Below, piece by piece: positions 1 through 10,495 of a DNA stretch of 64,000 nucleotides. Every line of letters starts with the position of its first letter. Within the stretch, counting starts at the first letter, position 1. Below the pieces are notes generated by a model. The model worked only from the letters and a program-made list of their open reading frames with translations. It was not told where the DNA came from and searched no databases. Location: positions 1,227-65,226 of the forward strand of contig SCTQ01000220.1 of the NCBI GenBank assembly GCA_004322345.1, given 5' to 3'. The translations under genes were made by a program, and so were the position numbers. This stretch comes from Aquabacterium sp. GTDB lineage: Bacteria; Pseudomonadota; Gammaproteobacteria; Burkholderiales; Burkholderiaceae_C.

Positions 1-2160
1 CTCGGCCTCGGTGCCGACGCGGTGGCCCGGCTGCGCGTAGTTCTCGTTGAGCAGGGTCAGGTAGTAGAAGACGTTCTCCTGGTCCACCACCATGCGCTTG
101 CAGCCGTGCTGCATGATGACCGCGACCTCATGGGCGAAGGTCGGGTCGTAGCTGACGCAGTTGGGGATCGTGCCGGCCACCAGCTGGCTGTGGCCGTCCT
201 CGTGCTGCAGGCCTTCGCCGTTGAGCGTGGTGCGCCCGGACGTGCCGCCCAGCAGGAAGCCGCGGGCCTGCATGTCGCCCGCGGCCCAGGCCAGGTCGCC
301 GATGCGCTGCAGGCCAAACATCGAATAGAAGATATAGAACGGCAGCATGATCCGGTTGTTCGTCGAGTACGACGTCGCCGCCGCGATCCACGAGCTCATG
401 CCGCCGGCCTCGTTGATGCCCTCCTGCAGGATCTGGCCGGCCGCATCCTCGCGGTAGTAGGACACCTGGTCACGGTCCACGGGCGTGTACTTCTGGCCCT
501 CGGGGGCGTAGATGCCGATCTGCCGGAACAGGCCCTCCATGCCGAAGGTGCGCGCCTCGTCCACCAGGATGGGCACCAGGCGCGGGCCCAACTTCTCGTC
601 GCGCAGCAGCTGCGACAGGAAGCGCACGAAGGCCTGGGTGGTGGAGATCTCGCGGCCTTCCGCGGTCGGCTCCAGGATGGTCTTGAAGTGTTCCAGCTCC
701 GGCACCGGGATCTGCTCGTCGGCCTTCGCACGGCGCTTGGGCAGGTAGCCGCCCAGGGCCTGGCGGCGGGCATGCAGGTATTCGGATTCCGGCGTGTTGT
801 CGGCCGGCCGGTAGAACGGGATGTCGGCCAGCTTGTCGTCCGGGATGGGGATGTTGAAGCGGTCGCGGAAGGCGCGGATGTCGTCGTCGGTCAGCTTCTT
901 GGCTTGGTGCGCGATGTTCTTGCCCTCGGCGGCCTTGCCCATGCCGAAGCCCTTGACGGTCTTGATCAGCAGCACCGTGGGCTGGCCCTGGTGCCTCACT
1001 GCGCGGTCGAAGGCGGCATAGACCTTCTGCGAGTCGTGGCCGCCGCGCTGCAGGCGCCAGATCTCCTCGTCGGTCATGTGGGCCACCATCTTCAGCGCCT
1101 CGGGGTGGCGCCCGAAGAAGGTGTTGCGCACGAAGGCGCCGTCGTTGGCCTTGCAGGCCTGGTAGTCGCCGTCGACCATGTCCATCATGATCTTGCGCAG
1201 GATGCCCTGCTTGTCGCGGGCCAGCAGCGGGTCCCAGGAGCTGCCCCACAGCAGCTTGATGACGTTCCAGCCCGCGCCGCGGAACTCGCCCTCCAGCTCC
1301 TGCACGATCTTGCCGTTGCCGCGCACCGGGCCGTCCAGGCGCTGCAGGTTGCAGTTGATGACGAAGACGAGGTTGTCCAGCTTCTCGCGCGTGGCGAGAC
1401 CAATGGCGCCCAGGGATTCGGGCTCGTCCATCTCGCCGTCGCCGCAGAAGACCCAGACCTTGCGGTTGGCCGTGTCGGCGATGCCGCGGGCGTGCAGGTA
1501 CTTGAGGAAGCGCGCCTGGTAGATGCCCATGATCGGGCCCAGGCCCATGGACACCGTCGGGAACTGCCAGAACTCGGGCATCAGCTTGGGGTGCGGATAG
1601 CTCGACAGGCCCTTGCCGCCGACCTCCTGGCGGAAGTTCAGCAGCTGGTCGTCGCTGATGCGGCCCTCCAGGTAGGCGCGGGCATAGATGCCGGGCGCCG
1701 AGTGGCCCTGCACGTAGAGCAGGTCGCCGCCGTGGCCCTCGTGCTCGGCGTGCCAGAAATGGTTGAAGCCGCAACCCAGCACCGAGGCCAGCGAGGCGAA
1801 GGAGGAGATGTGACCGCCCAGGTCGCCGCCGTCGTCGGGGTTGAGGCGGTTCGCCTTGACCACCATCGCCATCGCGTTCCAGCGCATGAAGGCGCGCAGG
1901 CGCTCCTCCATCTCCAGGTTGCCGGGGCTGTGGGTCTCCTGGTCGGGCGGGATGGTGTTGACGTAGGCGGTGGTGGCCGAGAACGGCAGGTCGATGCCGG
2001 CCTGCCGGGCCTCCTGCAGCAGCCGCTCCAGCAGGTCGTGGGCACGCTGCGGGCCCTCGCTGTGGATGACGGCGCCCAGTGCGTCCAACCACTCCCTGGT
2101 TTCCTGCGGATCGGGATCGGAGGCGTCGGCAGGCGGGAGGGACTCGGGGATGGCGGACAT
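1..2160 (-). CDS. aceE: Pyruvate dehydrogenase E1 component, homodimeric type (3' end runs off the window)
   Basis: Read by hand from ATG at 2160 (RBS GAGGA): MSAIPESLPPADASDPDPQETREWLDAL...RWNAMAMVVKAN, later GDGEMDEPES ThDP-binding motif and WQFPTVSMGLGP. Not in the ORF track because it has no stop in the window. Confidence 0.97.
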   Translation of the reverse strand, partial: MSAIPESLPPADASDPDPQETREWLDALGAVIHSEGPQRAHDLLERLLQEARQAGIDLPFSATTAYVNTIPPDQETHSPGNLEMEERLRAFMRWNAMAMVVKANRLNPDDGGDLGGHISSFASLASVLGCGFNHFWHAEHEGHGGDLLYVQGHSAPGIYARAYLEGRISDDQLLNFRQEVGGKGLSSYPHPKLMPEFWQFPTVSMGLGPIMGIYQARFLKYLHARGIADTANRKVWVFCGDGEMDEPESLGAIGLATREKLDNLVFVINCNLQRLDGPVRGNGKIVQELEGEFRGAGWNVIKLLWGSSWDPLLARDKQGILRKIMMDMVDGDYQACKANDGAFVRNTFFGRHPEALKMVAHMTDEEIWRLQRGGHDSQKVYAAFDRAVRHQGQPTVLLIKTVKGFGMGKAAEGKNIAHQAKKLTDDDIRAFRDRFNIPIPDDKLADIPFYRPADNTPESEYLHARRQALGGYLPKRRAKADEQIPVPELEHFKTILEPTAEGREISTTQAFVRFLSQLLRDEKLGPRLVPILVDEARTFGMEGLFRQIGIYAPEGQKYTPVDRDQVSYYREDAAGQILQEGINEAGGMSSWIAAATSYSTNNRIMLPFYIFYSMFGLQRIGDLAWAAGDMQARGFLLGGTSGRTTLNGEGLQHEDGHSQLVAGTIPNCVSYDPTFAHEVAVIMQHGCKRMVVDQENVFYYLTLLNENYAQPGHRVGTEAE

Positions 2161-2291
2161 GTGTTTCCTCTTGTGGGGCGGCAGCCCAGGACGATGCCAA
2201 AGTGTGGCCCTCTTGGCGATCATCGCTTACGACGAAAAACAGCAGAAGCACCCCGGCTGTCTCCAAGATGAACCCTGGATAATGACGGCCC

Positions 2292-4889
2292 ATGCCCGCG
2301 CCTTCCCCTGCCTCGCCCCTGCCCTCCATGCCCAGCGGCGCCTACGGCAACGGCCTGCGACGCTTCTTCCGCCGCTGGTGGCGGGAACAGTCCCCGGCCC
2401 GCCAGGACCGCTACGCCACCCTGGGCCCGCTGGTTTCCGTGATGCTGTTCCTGGCAGCCATCGTCGCGGCCTTCTGGTACCTGCGCAACGAGGAGATCGA
2501 GCGCGAGCGGGAGTCGGTCAAGCGCGACACCGAGGTCGTGCAGCAGCAGATCCGCATGCGCCTGATCGAGAACCAGGAGCAGCTGGTACGCATCGCGCGC
2601 GACGTCGTCACCCGCGACACCGACGCCAACAAGTTCCTGGAGCAGGCCTCGGGCTTCGTGCAGACGCGGCCCGAGATCGTCAGCCTCAGCTGGACCCAGG
2701 CCGACCACAGCATCAAGGCCAGCCAGCTCTCGCCCAACTTCGAGATCGACACCCTGCGCGGTCTGGACATGGCGATCACGCCGGACGCGCCGGCCTCCAC
2801 ACCCAACAACCGCGCCCTGCCCAGCGGCCTGCCCGAGTTCACCCAGACCTTCGAGGCGGCCAAGGAACAGCGGCAGCCGGTCTACTCCCGCCCCCACGTC
2901 AACGCGCTGGATACACCGGTGGTGCAGGTGCACGTCCCGCTGATCGACCGCCGCGGCTTCGCCGGCACCCTCGTGGCGGAGTATTCCGTCGAGGCCCTGC
3001 TGCGCTACCTGGTGCCCAGCGAGGTCTCCGGCCGCCACGTGATGAGCCTGACCGACTACAACGGCCGACTGCTGGCCAGCACCATCGTCGGTCGCGAGTC
3101 GGCCAACACCCAGATCACCCACGAGGTCATCATCACCCCCGTGGGCAACGGGCTGATCCTGCGCGGCGAGGGCTCTCGCACCTCCTTCGGCCTGATCGGC
3201 AACACGCTGTTCTGGATGGTGGTCGCGCTGTCGGCGCTGACGGTGTGGATGCTGCTGGGCACCTGGCGCCACATGCGCCGGCGCATGGACATCCAGCGCA
3301 CGCTGATGGACGAGACCCAGTTCCGCCGCGCGATGGAGAACTCCATGCTGACCGGCCTGCGCGTGATCGACAGCGAGGGCCGCGTCACCTATGTCAACCC
3401 GGCCTTCTGCGCGATGACCGGCTTCTCCGAGGCCGAGTTGATCGGCCGCATGCCACCCTACCCCTACTGGCCGCAGGACCGCCTGGAGGAGAGCAACCGC
3501 CTGTTCCAGCAGGAGATCCAGGGCCGCAGCCCGGCCGGCGGGGTGGAGGTGAAGATCATGCGCAAGGACGGCAGCAAGTTCGACGCGCGCATGTACGTCT
3601 CCCCGCTGATCGATGCACAGGGCCACCAGACGGGCTGGATGTCCTCGGTCACCAACATCACCGAGGCCAAGCGCGTGCGCGACCAGCTCTCGGCCGCGCA
3701 CGAGCGCTTCACCACCGTGCTGGAAGGCCTGGACGCGGCGGTGTCCGTGGTGTCGGTGCAGCAGGGCGACCTGCTCTTCGCCAACCGCTCCTATCGCCTG
3801 TGGTTCGGCGCCGATGCCAAGGGCCACGGCGTGCTGGCGGGCGACGCCAGCCAGCAGGCGCCGTCGTCGATCGACAAGGACGACCTGGTCGACAGCTTCG
3901 GCGGCCTGCCCACCCAGCAGCTGACCGAGGCCGGCTCCGATACCCGCGAGATCCACGTCGACAGCCTGCAGAAGTGGTTCGACGTGCGCACGCGCTACGT
4001 GCAATGGACCGACGGCCGCCTGGCCCAGATGCTGATCGCCACCGACATCAGCGCCCGCCACAAGGCCGAGGAGATCGCCGCGCAGCAGGCCGAGAAGGCC
4101 GCCGTCACCAGCCGCCTGGTGACCATGGGCGAGATGGCCTCCTCCGTCGCCCACGAGCTGAACCAGCCGCTGGCGGCCATCAGCAACTACTGCTCGGGCA
4201 TCGTCTCGCGCGTGAAGTCGCGCAGCATCGAGGACGAGGACCTGATCGCCGCGCTGGAGAAGACCGCCCGCCAGGCCCAGCGCGCCGGCCAGATCATCCA
4301 CCGCATACGTTCCTTCGTGAAACGCAGCGAGCCGCAGCGCCAGCCGGCGCGCGCGCGGGAGATCGTCGAGGACGCGGTGGAACTGGCCGCGATCGCGCTG
4401 AAGCGCCGCCGCGTGATCATCCACACCTACGTCGCGCCACGCCTGCCCACGCTGATGTGCGACCCCATCCTGGTCGAGCAGGTGCTGCTCAACCTGCTGA
4501 AGAACGCCGCCGAGGCCATCGACAACGCCGGCCTGCCCATTTCCCGCCGCAAGGTCGAAGTGCGCGTGGTGCAGCGCCAGTTGGAGGACGAAGGCGACGT
4601 GGTCGAGTTCACGGTCACCGACGGCGGCCCGGGCATTCCCGACGGCGTGCTGGAGCGCCTGTACGAGGCCTTCTTCTCCACCAAGTCCGACGGCATGGGG
4701 ATAGGCCTGAGCCTGTGCCGTTCGATCATCGAGTCTCACCGGGGCAGGATGCGCGCCGAGAACATCTACAATGACTCGGAGGTGACAGGCTGCCGTTTCA
4801 CCTTCACCTTGCCCGTCGAGCTGGATCCGGACTACGTGCCTACCACCCGCTCCGACCCTCCCCTGGACCTCATCACCGATAGCCCATGA
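2292..4889 (+). CDS. Membrane PAS-domain sensor histidine kinase (FixL/PlrS-like)
   Basis: Two TM segments, PAS (VNPAFCAMTGFSEAELIG), H-box AHELNQPL, N-box NLLKNAAEAI, G-boxes DGGPGI and GMGIGL; overlaps the downstream regulator (ATGA). Confidence 0.92.
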   Translation: MPAPSPASPLPSMPSGAYGNGLRRFFRRWWREQSPARQDRYATLGPLVSVMLFLAAIVAAFWYLRNEEIERERESVKRDTEVVQQQIRMRLIENQEQLVRIARDVVTRDTDANKFLEQASGFVQTRPEIVSLSWTQADHSIKASQLSPNFEIDTLRGLDMAITPDAPASTPNNRALPSGLPEFTQTFEAAKEQRQPVYSRPHVNALDTPVVQVHVPLIDRRGFAGTLVAEYSVEALLRYLVPSEVSGRHVMSLTDYNGRLLASTIVGRESANTQITHEVIITPVGNGLILRGEGSRTSFGLIGNTLFWMVVALSALTVWMLLGTWRHMRRRMDIQRTLMDETQFRRAMENSMLTGLRVIDSEGRVTYVNPAFCAMTGFSEAELIGRMPPYPYWPQDRLEESNRLFQQEIQGRSPAGGVEVKIMRKDGSKFDARMYVSPLIDAQGHQTGWMSSVTNITEAKRVRDQLSAAHERFTTVLEGLDAAVSVVSVQQGDLLFANRSYRLWFGADAKGHGVLAGDASQQAPSSIDKDDLVDSFGGLPTQQLTEAGSDTREIHVDSLQKWFDVRTRYVQWTDGRLAQMLIATDISARHKAEEIAAQQAEKAAVTSRLVTMGEMASSVAHELNQPLAAISNYCSGIVSRVKSRSIEDEDLIAALEKTARQAQRAGQIIHRIRSFVKRSEPQRQPARAREIVEDAVELAAIALKRRRVIIHTYVAPRLPTLMCDPILVEQVLLNLLKNAAEAIDNAGLPISRRKVEVRVVQRQLEDEGDVVEFTVTDGGPGIPDGVLERLYEAFFSTKSDGMGIGLSLCRSIIESHRGRMRAENIYNDSEVTGCRFTFTLPVELDPDYVPTTRSDPPLDLITDSP

Positions 4890-5521
4890 GTCTGATCCCG
4901 AAAAAAGGCACCGTGTACGTTGTGGATGACGACGAGGCCGTGCGCGATTCGCTGCAATGGCTGCTGGAGGGCAAGGACTACCGCGTCCGCTGCTTCGACT
5001 CCGCCGAATCCTTCCTCGCCCGCTTCGACCCGCGCGAGGTGGCCTGCCTCATCAGCGACATCCGCATGGACGGCATGACCGGCCTGGAACTGCAGGACAA
5101 GCTGACCGAGCGCAAGTCGCCCCTGCCCATCGTCTTCATCACCGGCCACGGCGACGTGCCGATGGCCGTCTCCACGATGAAGAAGGGCGCGGTGGACTTC
5201 ATCGAGAAGCCCTTCAACGAGGACGCCCTGGTGTCCCTCGTCGAGCGCATGCTGGAGCAGGCCCGGGAGGCCTTCTCCGCTTCCCAGGAAGCCGCCACCC
5301 GCGAGGCCCTGCTGTCGCGCCTGACCACCCGCGAGGCCCAGGTGTTGGAGCGCATCGTCGCCGGCCGCCTGAACAAGCAGATCGCCGACGACCTGGGCAT
5401 CAGCATCAAGACCGTCGAGGCGCACCGCGCCAACGTGATGGAGAAACTCAACGCCAACACCGTGGCCGACCTGCTGAAGATCGCCCTGGGTGCCTCCGGT
5501 GCCACCCAGGCCAAGAGCTGA
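4886..5521 (+). CDS. Response regulator, receiver + LuxR HTH (FixJ-like)
   Basis: VVDDD, DIRM, FITGHG, DFIEKP receiver motifs; LNKQIADDLGISIKTVEAHRANVMEKL LuxR HTH. Confidence 0.95.
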   Translation: MSLIPKKGTVYVVDDDEAVRDSLQWLLEGKDYRVRCFDSAESFLARFDPREVACLISDIRMDGMTGLELQDKLTERKSPLPIVFITGHGDVPMAVSTMKKGAVDFIEKPFNEDALVSLVERMLEQAREAFSASQEAATREALLSRLTTREAQVLERIVAGRLNKQIADDLGISIKTVEAHRANVMEKLNANTVADLLKIALGASGATQAKS

Positions 5522-5626
5522 CGCGTCGCTGTCTACCGCCATCGCCACACACCGGGTCGCCGGGCGCCTCCGCCCAGCGGCCCGTTGTCATTTCGGCCCC
5601 GACTTCCTGACTCTTCCAAGCCACCC

Positions 5627-6478
5627 ATGACCGCCCAACTCATAGACGGCAATGCGCTGTCCAAGCAGATCCGCGCCGACCTCGCCCGGCGCACCGCTGA
5701 CCTCACCGCCGCCGGCCTGCAGCCGGGCCTGGCCGTGATCCTGGTGGGCGAGGACCCGGCCAGCCAGGTCTACGTGCGCAACAAGGTCAAGGCCTGCGAG
5801 GACGCCGGCATGCGCTCGGTGCTGGAGAAGTACGACGCCACGCTGAGCGAAGCCGACCTGCTGGCCCGCATCGCCGCGCTGAACGCCGACGCCGCCATCC
5901 ACGGCATCCTGGTGCAGATGCCGCTGCCCAGGCACATCGACCCGCACAAGGTCATCGAGGCCATCTCGACCACCAAGGACGTCGACGGCTACTCCACGCT
6001 GAGCGCAGGCGAGCTGATGGCCGGCCTGCCCGGCTTCCGCCCCTGCACGCCCTGGGGCGCGATGAAGCTGATCGAGAGCACCGGCCAGAGCCTCAAGGGC
6101 AAGCACGCGGTGGTCATCGGCCGCAGCAACACCGTCGGCAAGCCGATGGCCCTGCTGCTCTTGCAGGCCAATGCCACCGTCACCATCTGCCACAGTGGCA
6201 CGCCGGACCTGGGCTTGCACACCCGGCAGGCGGACGTGGTCGTCGCTGCCGTGGGGCGGGCCGGCACGGTGACGGCCGACATGGTCAAACCCGGGGCGAT
6301 CGTGATCGACGTAGGCATCAACCGCAAGGCGGACGGCAAGCTGACGGGAGATGTCGATTTCGGCCCCGTCAGCGAGGTCGCCGGCTGGATCACCCCGGTG
6401 CCCGGTGGCGTCGGCCCGATGACGATCACCATGCTGCTGTCCAACACCGTGGAAGCCGCCGAACGCCTGCGCAAGTGA
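5627..6478 (+). CDS. folD: Bifunctional methylenetetrahydrofolate dehydrogenase/cyclohydrolase
   Basis: MTAQLIDG start, [36 protein letters not shown]. Confidence 0.97.
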   Translation: MTAQLIDGNALSKQIRADLARRTADLTAAGLQPGLAVILVGEDPASQVYVRNKVKACEDAGMRSVLEKYDATLSEADLLARIAALNADAAIHGILVQMPLPRHIDPHKVIEAISTTKDVDGYSTLSAGELMAGLPGFRPCTPWGAMKLIESTGQSLKGKHAVVIGRSNTVGKPMALLLLQANATVTICHSGTPDLGLHTRQADVVVAAVGRAGTVTADMVKPGAIVIDVGINRKADGKLTGDVDFGPVSEVAGWITPVPGGVGPMTITMLLSNTVEAAERLRK

Positions 6479-6523
6479 ACTGAACCCGACGAACTTCAGC
6501 CTGCCGAAGGACTCGCATCACCC

Positions 6524-8569
6524 ATGAACACCGCCACCAACCCCCTGCTGCAAGCGGCCGATGGCCTGCCCCGTTTCGACGCCATCCGTCCCGAACACGT
6601 GAGCCCTGCCATCACCCAGTTGCTGGGCGAGGCCGAGGCGGCGCTGGAGAAGGTGACGGGCCCGGACGTGCCGCCGGACTACGACGCGCTGTCGCTGGTG
6701 CTGGACGTGAGCACCGAGAAGCTGGGTCGCGCCTGGGGCGCCGTGGGCCACCTGAACGCCGTGGCCGACACGCCCGAACTGCGCGCCGCCTACAACGAGA
6801 ACCTGCCGCGGGTCACCGAGTTCTACACGCGCCTGGGCGCCGACGAACGCCTCTACGCCAAGTACAAGGCGGTGAACCAAAGCCCCGCGGCGGCCACCCT
6901 GAGCGCACCACGCAAGCGCGCCCTGTCCAATGCGCTGCGCGACTTCGTGCTCAGCGGCGCCGAACTGCAGGGTGCCGCCAAGACCCGCTACGCCGAGATC
7001 CAGGAGCGCCAGGCCGCCCTGTCGCAGTCCTTCTCCGAGCACGTGATGGACGCCACCGACGCCTACGCCTACTGGGCGCGCGAGGACGAACTCGAAGGCG
7101 TGCCCGAGGACGTCAAGCAGGCCACCAAGGCCGCGGCCCAGGCCGCCGGCAAGGACGGCCACAAGCTGACCCTGCACATGCCCACCTACCTGCCGGTGAT
7201 GCAGTACGGCGCCAACCGCGCGCTGCGCGAGACCCTCTACCGCGCCTATGTCACCCGCGCCAGCGAATTCGGCCCGGCCGAGCGCGACAACGGCGGCCCG
7301 ATGCGCGAGATCCTCTCGCTGCGCCAGGAGGAGGCGAAGCTGCTGGGCTACGCCAGCTTCGCCGAGGTCTCGCTGGTGCCCAAGATGGCAGACAGCCCGA
7401 AGCAGGTCACCGACTTCCTGCGCGACCTGGCGCGGCGCGCCCGCCCCTATGCCGAACGCGACCTCGCCGAACTGCGTGAGTTCGCCGCCAAGGAACTGGG
7501 CCTGGCCGACCTGCAGTCCTGGGACGTGGCCTACGCCAGCGAGAAGCTGAAGGAAGCCCGCTACGCCTTCAGCGACCAGGAGGTGAAGCGCTACTTCACC
7601 GAGCCGCGCGTGCTCGAGGGCCTGTTCGCCATCGTCGAGACGCTGTTCGAGGTCAGCATCAAGCCCGACACCGCGCCGGTGTGGCACGAGTCGGTGCGCT
7701 TCTTCCGCATCGAACGCGGCGGCCGCCTCATCGGGCAGTTCTACCTCGATCCCTACGCCCGCAACGGCAAGCGTCCCGGCGCCTGGATGGACGACGTGCG
7801 CGGCCGCTGGAGGCGCCCGGACACCGAGGGCCTGCAGACGCCCGTGGCCCACCTGGTGTGCAACTTCGCGGCCGGCGTCGGCGGCAAGCCGGCGCTGCTG
7901 ACCCATGACGACGTCACCACCCTCTTCCACGAGTTCGGCCACGGCCTGCACCACCTGCTGACCCAGGTCGAGGAGATCGGCGTGGCCGGCATCAGCGGCG
8001 TCGAGTGGGACGCGGTGGAACTGCCCAGCCAGTTCATGGAGAACTTCTGCTGGGAGTGGGAGGTGCTGCAGCGCCTGACCTCGCACGTGGACAGCGGCGA
8101 GCCGCTGCCGCGTGCGCTCTACGACAAGATGCTGGCGGCGAAGAACTTCCAGAGCGGGTTGCAGACGCTGCGCCAGATCGAGTTCTCGCTCTTCGACATG
8201 CGCATCCACGCCGAACCCGGCAGCGACCAGCGCGTGCAAGCCTTGCTGGACGAGGTGCGCACCGAGGTGGCCGTGATGCTGCCCCCGGCCTTCAACCGCT
8301 TCCAGCACAGCTTCTCGCACATCTTCGCCGGCGGCTATGCGGCGGGCTACTACAGCTACAAGTGGGCCGAGGTGCTGTCGGCCGACGCCTATGCCGCCTT
8401 CGAGGAGAGCGCCCAGGGCGGCAACGTGCTGAACCCGCAGACCGGCCGCCGCTACCGTGAGGCCATCCTGGAGGCCGGCGGCAGCCGCGCCGCGATGGAG
8501 AACTTCGTCAGCTTCCGCGGACGCGAGCCGACGATCGATGCATTGTTGCGCCATCAGGGCATGGCCTGA
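6524..8569 (+). CDS. prlC: Oligopeptidase A (M3 metallopeptidase)
   Basis: HEFGH zinc motif, WDAVELPSQFMEN, AAGYYSYKWAEVL. Confidence 0.95.
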   Translation: MNTATNPLLQAADGLPRFDAIRPEHVSPAITQLLGEAEAALEKVTGPDVPPDYDALSLVLDVSTEKLGRAWGAVGHLNAVADTPELRAAYNENLPRVTEFYTRLGADERLYAKYKAVNQSPAAATLSAPRKRALSNALRDFVLSGAELQGAAKTRYAEIQERQAALSQSFSEHVMDATDAYAYWAREDELEGVPEDVKQATKAAAQAAGKDGHKLTLHMPTYLPVMQYGANRALRETLYRAYVTRASEFGPAERDNGGPMREILSLRQEEAKLLGYASFAEVSLVPKMADSPKQVTDFLRDLARRARPYAERDLAELREFAAKELGLADLQSWDVAYASEKLKEARYAFSDQEVKRYFTEPRVLEGLFAIVETLFEVSIKPDTAPVWHESVRFFRIERGGRLIGQFYLDPYARNGKRPGAWMDDVRGRWRRPDTEGLQTPVAHLVCNFAAGVGGKPALLTHDDVTTLFHEFGHGLHHLLTQVEEIGVAGISGVEWDAVELPSQFMENFCWEWEVLQRLTSHVDSGEPLPRALYDKMLAAKNFQSGLQTLRQIEFSLFDMRIHAEPGSDQRVQALLDEVRTEVAVMLPPAFNRFQHSFSHIFAGGYAAGYYSYKWAEVLSADAYAAFEESAQGGNVLNPQTGRRYREAILEAGGSRAAMENFVSFRGREPTIDALLRHQGMA

Positions 8570-8636
8570 GGACCGCCGCCGCTGCGCCGGGCCCTGCATC
8601 GCCTAGGATCGGCCATCCTTGTTGCGGAGACTCTGC

Positions 8637-9263
8637 ATGAGCGGTTTCGGTCTTCCCGCGCGCACCGCGCGCGGTCTCCTGCTGTTGACGGCACTGGCCA
8701 CCTGCGCCGCACCGGCCTGGAGCCTCTACCAGATCAAGGACGAGAAGGGTCGCGTCATCGGCTACAGCGACAAGCCGCCGGCCGGCGGCAAAGCCACCAC
8801 CGTCGAGGTGCGCGGGGAAAGCGGCGCGCCGTCCGCGACCGCCGGCCTGCCCTACGACCTGCAGCAGATCGCCAGCCGCTTCCCGGTGACGCTGTACACG
8901 CGCAAGGAATGCGGCGGCTGCGAAAGCGCCCGCAGCTTCCTGAACCAGCGCGGCATCCCCTATGTCGAACGCACCGCCGACAGCCGCGAGGACAACCAGG
9001 CGCTGCGCCGCCTGGAAGGCACCGACCTGCTGCCGCTGCTGCGCATCGGCGGGCAACGCATCAACGGTTTCTCGGCTTCCGAATGGGCCAGCTATCTGGA
9101 CGCGGCCGGCTACCCCGCGCAATCCAAGCTACCGTCCACCTACAAGCTGCCGCCGGCGACCCCGCTGGCGCCCGCCCCGGCATCCGCACCCGCCGCAGCG
9201 AGCGCGCCCCGCGACAGCGCGCCTGCGCAATTGCCCGCGGGCACGCCCGGATTCCGGTTCTGA
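8637..9263 (+). CDS. Exported DUF4124 + glutaredoxin-like protein
   Basis: Signal peptide, YQIKDEKGRVIGYSDKPP (DUF4124-like), CGGC in a Grx fold (RGIPYVE), Pro/Ala-rich tail. Start uncertain (8619 or 8637). Confidence 0.75.
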   Translation: MSGFGLPARTARGLLLLTALATCAAPAWSLYQIKDEKGRVIGYSDKPPAGGKATTVEVRGESGAPSATAGLPYDLQQIASRFPVTLYTRKECGGCESARSFLNQRGIPYVERTADSREDNQALRRLEGTDLLPLLRIGGQRINGFSASEWASYLDAAGYPAQSKLPSTYKLPPATPLAPAPASAPAAASAPRDSAPAQLPAGTPGFRF

Positions 9264-9512
9264 GGCACCGGCAGGCTCGTCTGCGCCGGCGCCAGCACCC
9301 TGTCCCAGGCCCGTTATCGGGGCCGGCCAGCGACTGACCCGCCGTCGGACCGCATTTCGCACTTTGTTGAATCATCACAAGGGGGTTCACCGGGGCAGGG
9401 TTCGTTGCGCATTGAAACGCGAACGATTACCCCGTTGATGCGGGGGCGGGCCTGTCACTGGCGTCCCACATCTGCGCTTTACGATTGTCAGAAATCCACA
9501 GAGGAGAGTTTG

Positions 9513-10475
9513 ATGAACGTAAAGCAATGGTTGGCTGGCTGCGCGCTGGCCGTAGCGGCCGTCCCGGCCGCCTGGGCCGACTACACCCAGGTCGTGGTGT
9601 TCGGTGACAGCCTGTCGGACGACCATCGCTACTACGAGTTCAACGAGAACATCTTCGGCACCGGCTACCCGAAGGCGCCGCCGGCCCTGCGCGGCCGCTT
9701 CAGCAACGGCCCCGTCGCCGTCGAGTACCTGGCCAGCAACCTCGGCCTGCCGCTGAAGAACTATTCCTTCGCCGGCGCGCGCACCGACTACGGCTCGCTG
9801 CTGCTGCTGCCCGTGGGCACGCTGAGCCAGGTCAACGAGTACCTGAACAACAACGCGGTGATCCCGACGATCACGACCTTCCCGATCATCAGCACCATCA
9901 CCAGCCTGCTGCCCGGCACCGGCCGCGCGGACCCGAAGGCGCTGCACGTGATCTGGACCGGCCCGGATGACTTCTATTCGCTGGGCGGACTCAACTCCAC
10001 CACCGCCTACACCGCGTCGCTGAACATCGTGCAGGCAGTGGTCTCGCTCTACAACGGCGGCGCCCGCTACTTCTTCATCCCCAACATGCCCGACCTGGCG
10101 ACGACGCCGCGCGCCACCGCGCGTGACGCCAGCAGCCCCGGCTACAAGGCCAACTGCGCCAAGTTCAGCGCCCAGTTCGCCACGGTTCTGGCCCAGCAGT
10201 TGAAGAACTGGGCATGGCGTTATCCCAACGCGAAGATCATCACGCACGACACCTACGGCTTCTTCGCGCGCGAGCTCAAGGCCGCCGAGGCACGCGGCAT
10301 CGAGACCAAGAAGGCCTGCCATCCCGGCGGCCTGAACCTGTCGATCTACGAGGAAGACCGCCCCGTCTGCCCGGATCCCGACAACTACCTGTTCTGGGAC
10401 GACAACCACCCGACCGACGCTGCCAACAAGATCCTGGGCGCCGAGTGGGCCAAGGCCATCACGATCAAGCCCTGA
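9513..10475 (+). CDS. Secreted SGNH/GDSL-family hydrolase
   Basis: RBS GAGGAG, signal peptide ending AWA, block I FGDSLSD, block II GRFSNG, block V WDDNHPT. Confidence 0.9.
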   Translation: MNVKQWLAGCALAVAAVPAAWADYTQVVVFGDSLSDDHRYYEFNENIFGTGYPKAPPALRGRFSNGPVAVEYLASNLGLPLKNYSFAGARTDYGSLLLLPVGTLSQVNEYLNNNAVIPTITTFPIISTITSLLPGTGRADPKALHVIWTGPDDFYSLGGLNSTTAYTASLNIVQAVVSLYNGGARYFFIPNMPDLATTPRATARDASSPGYKANCAKFSAQFATVLAQQLKNWAWRYPNAKIITHDTYGFFARELKAAEARGIETKKACHPGGLNLSIYEEDRPVCPDPDNYLFWDDNHPTDAANKILGAEWAKAITIKP

Positions 10476-10495
10476 TCGCTGCCGGGCTCGAACGC

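Noticed and set aside
9364-9380. FNR/CRP-like site TTGTTGAATCATCACAA
   Set aside because: Only one half matches either consensus well.
9452-9491. Possible Pho box upstream of the GDSL gene (CTGTCAC and TTGTCAG 33 bp apart)
   Set aside because: The intervening 11-bp positions do not match the half-site consensus.
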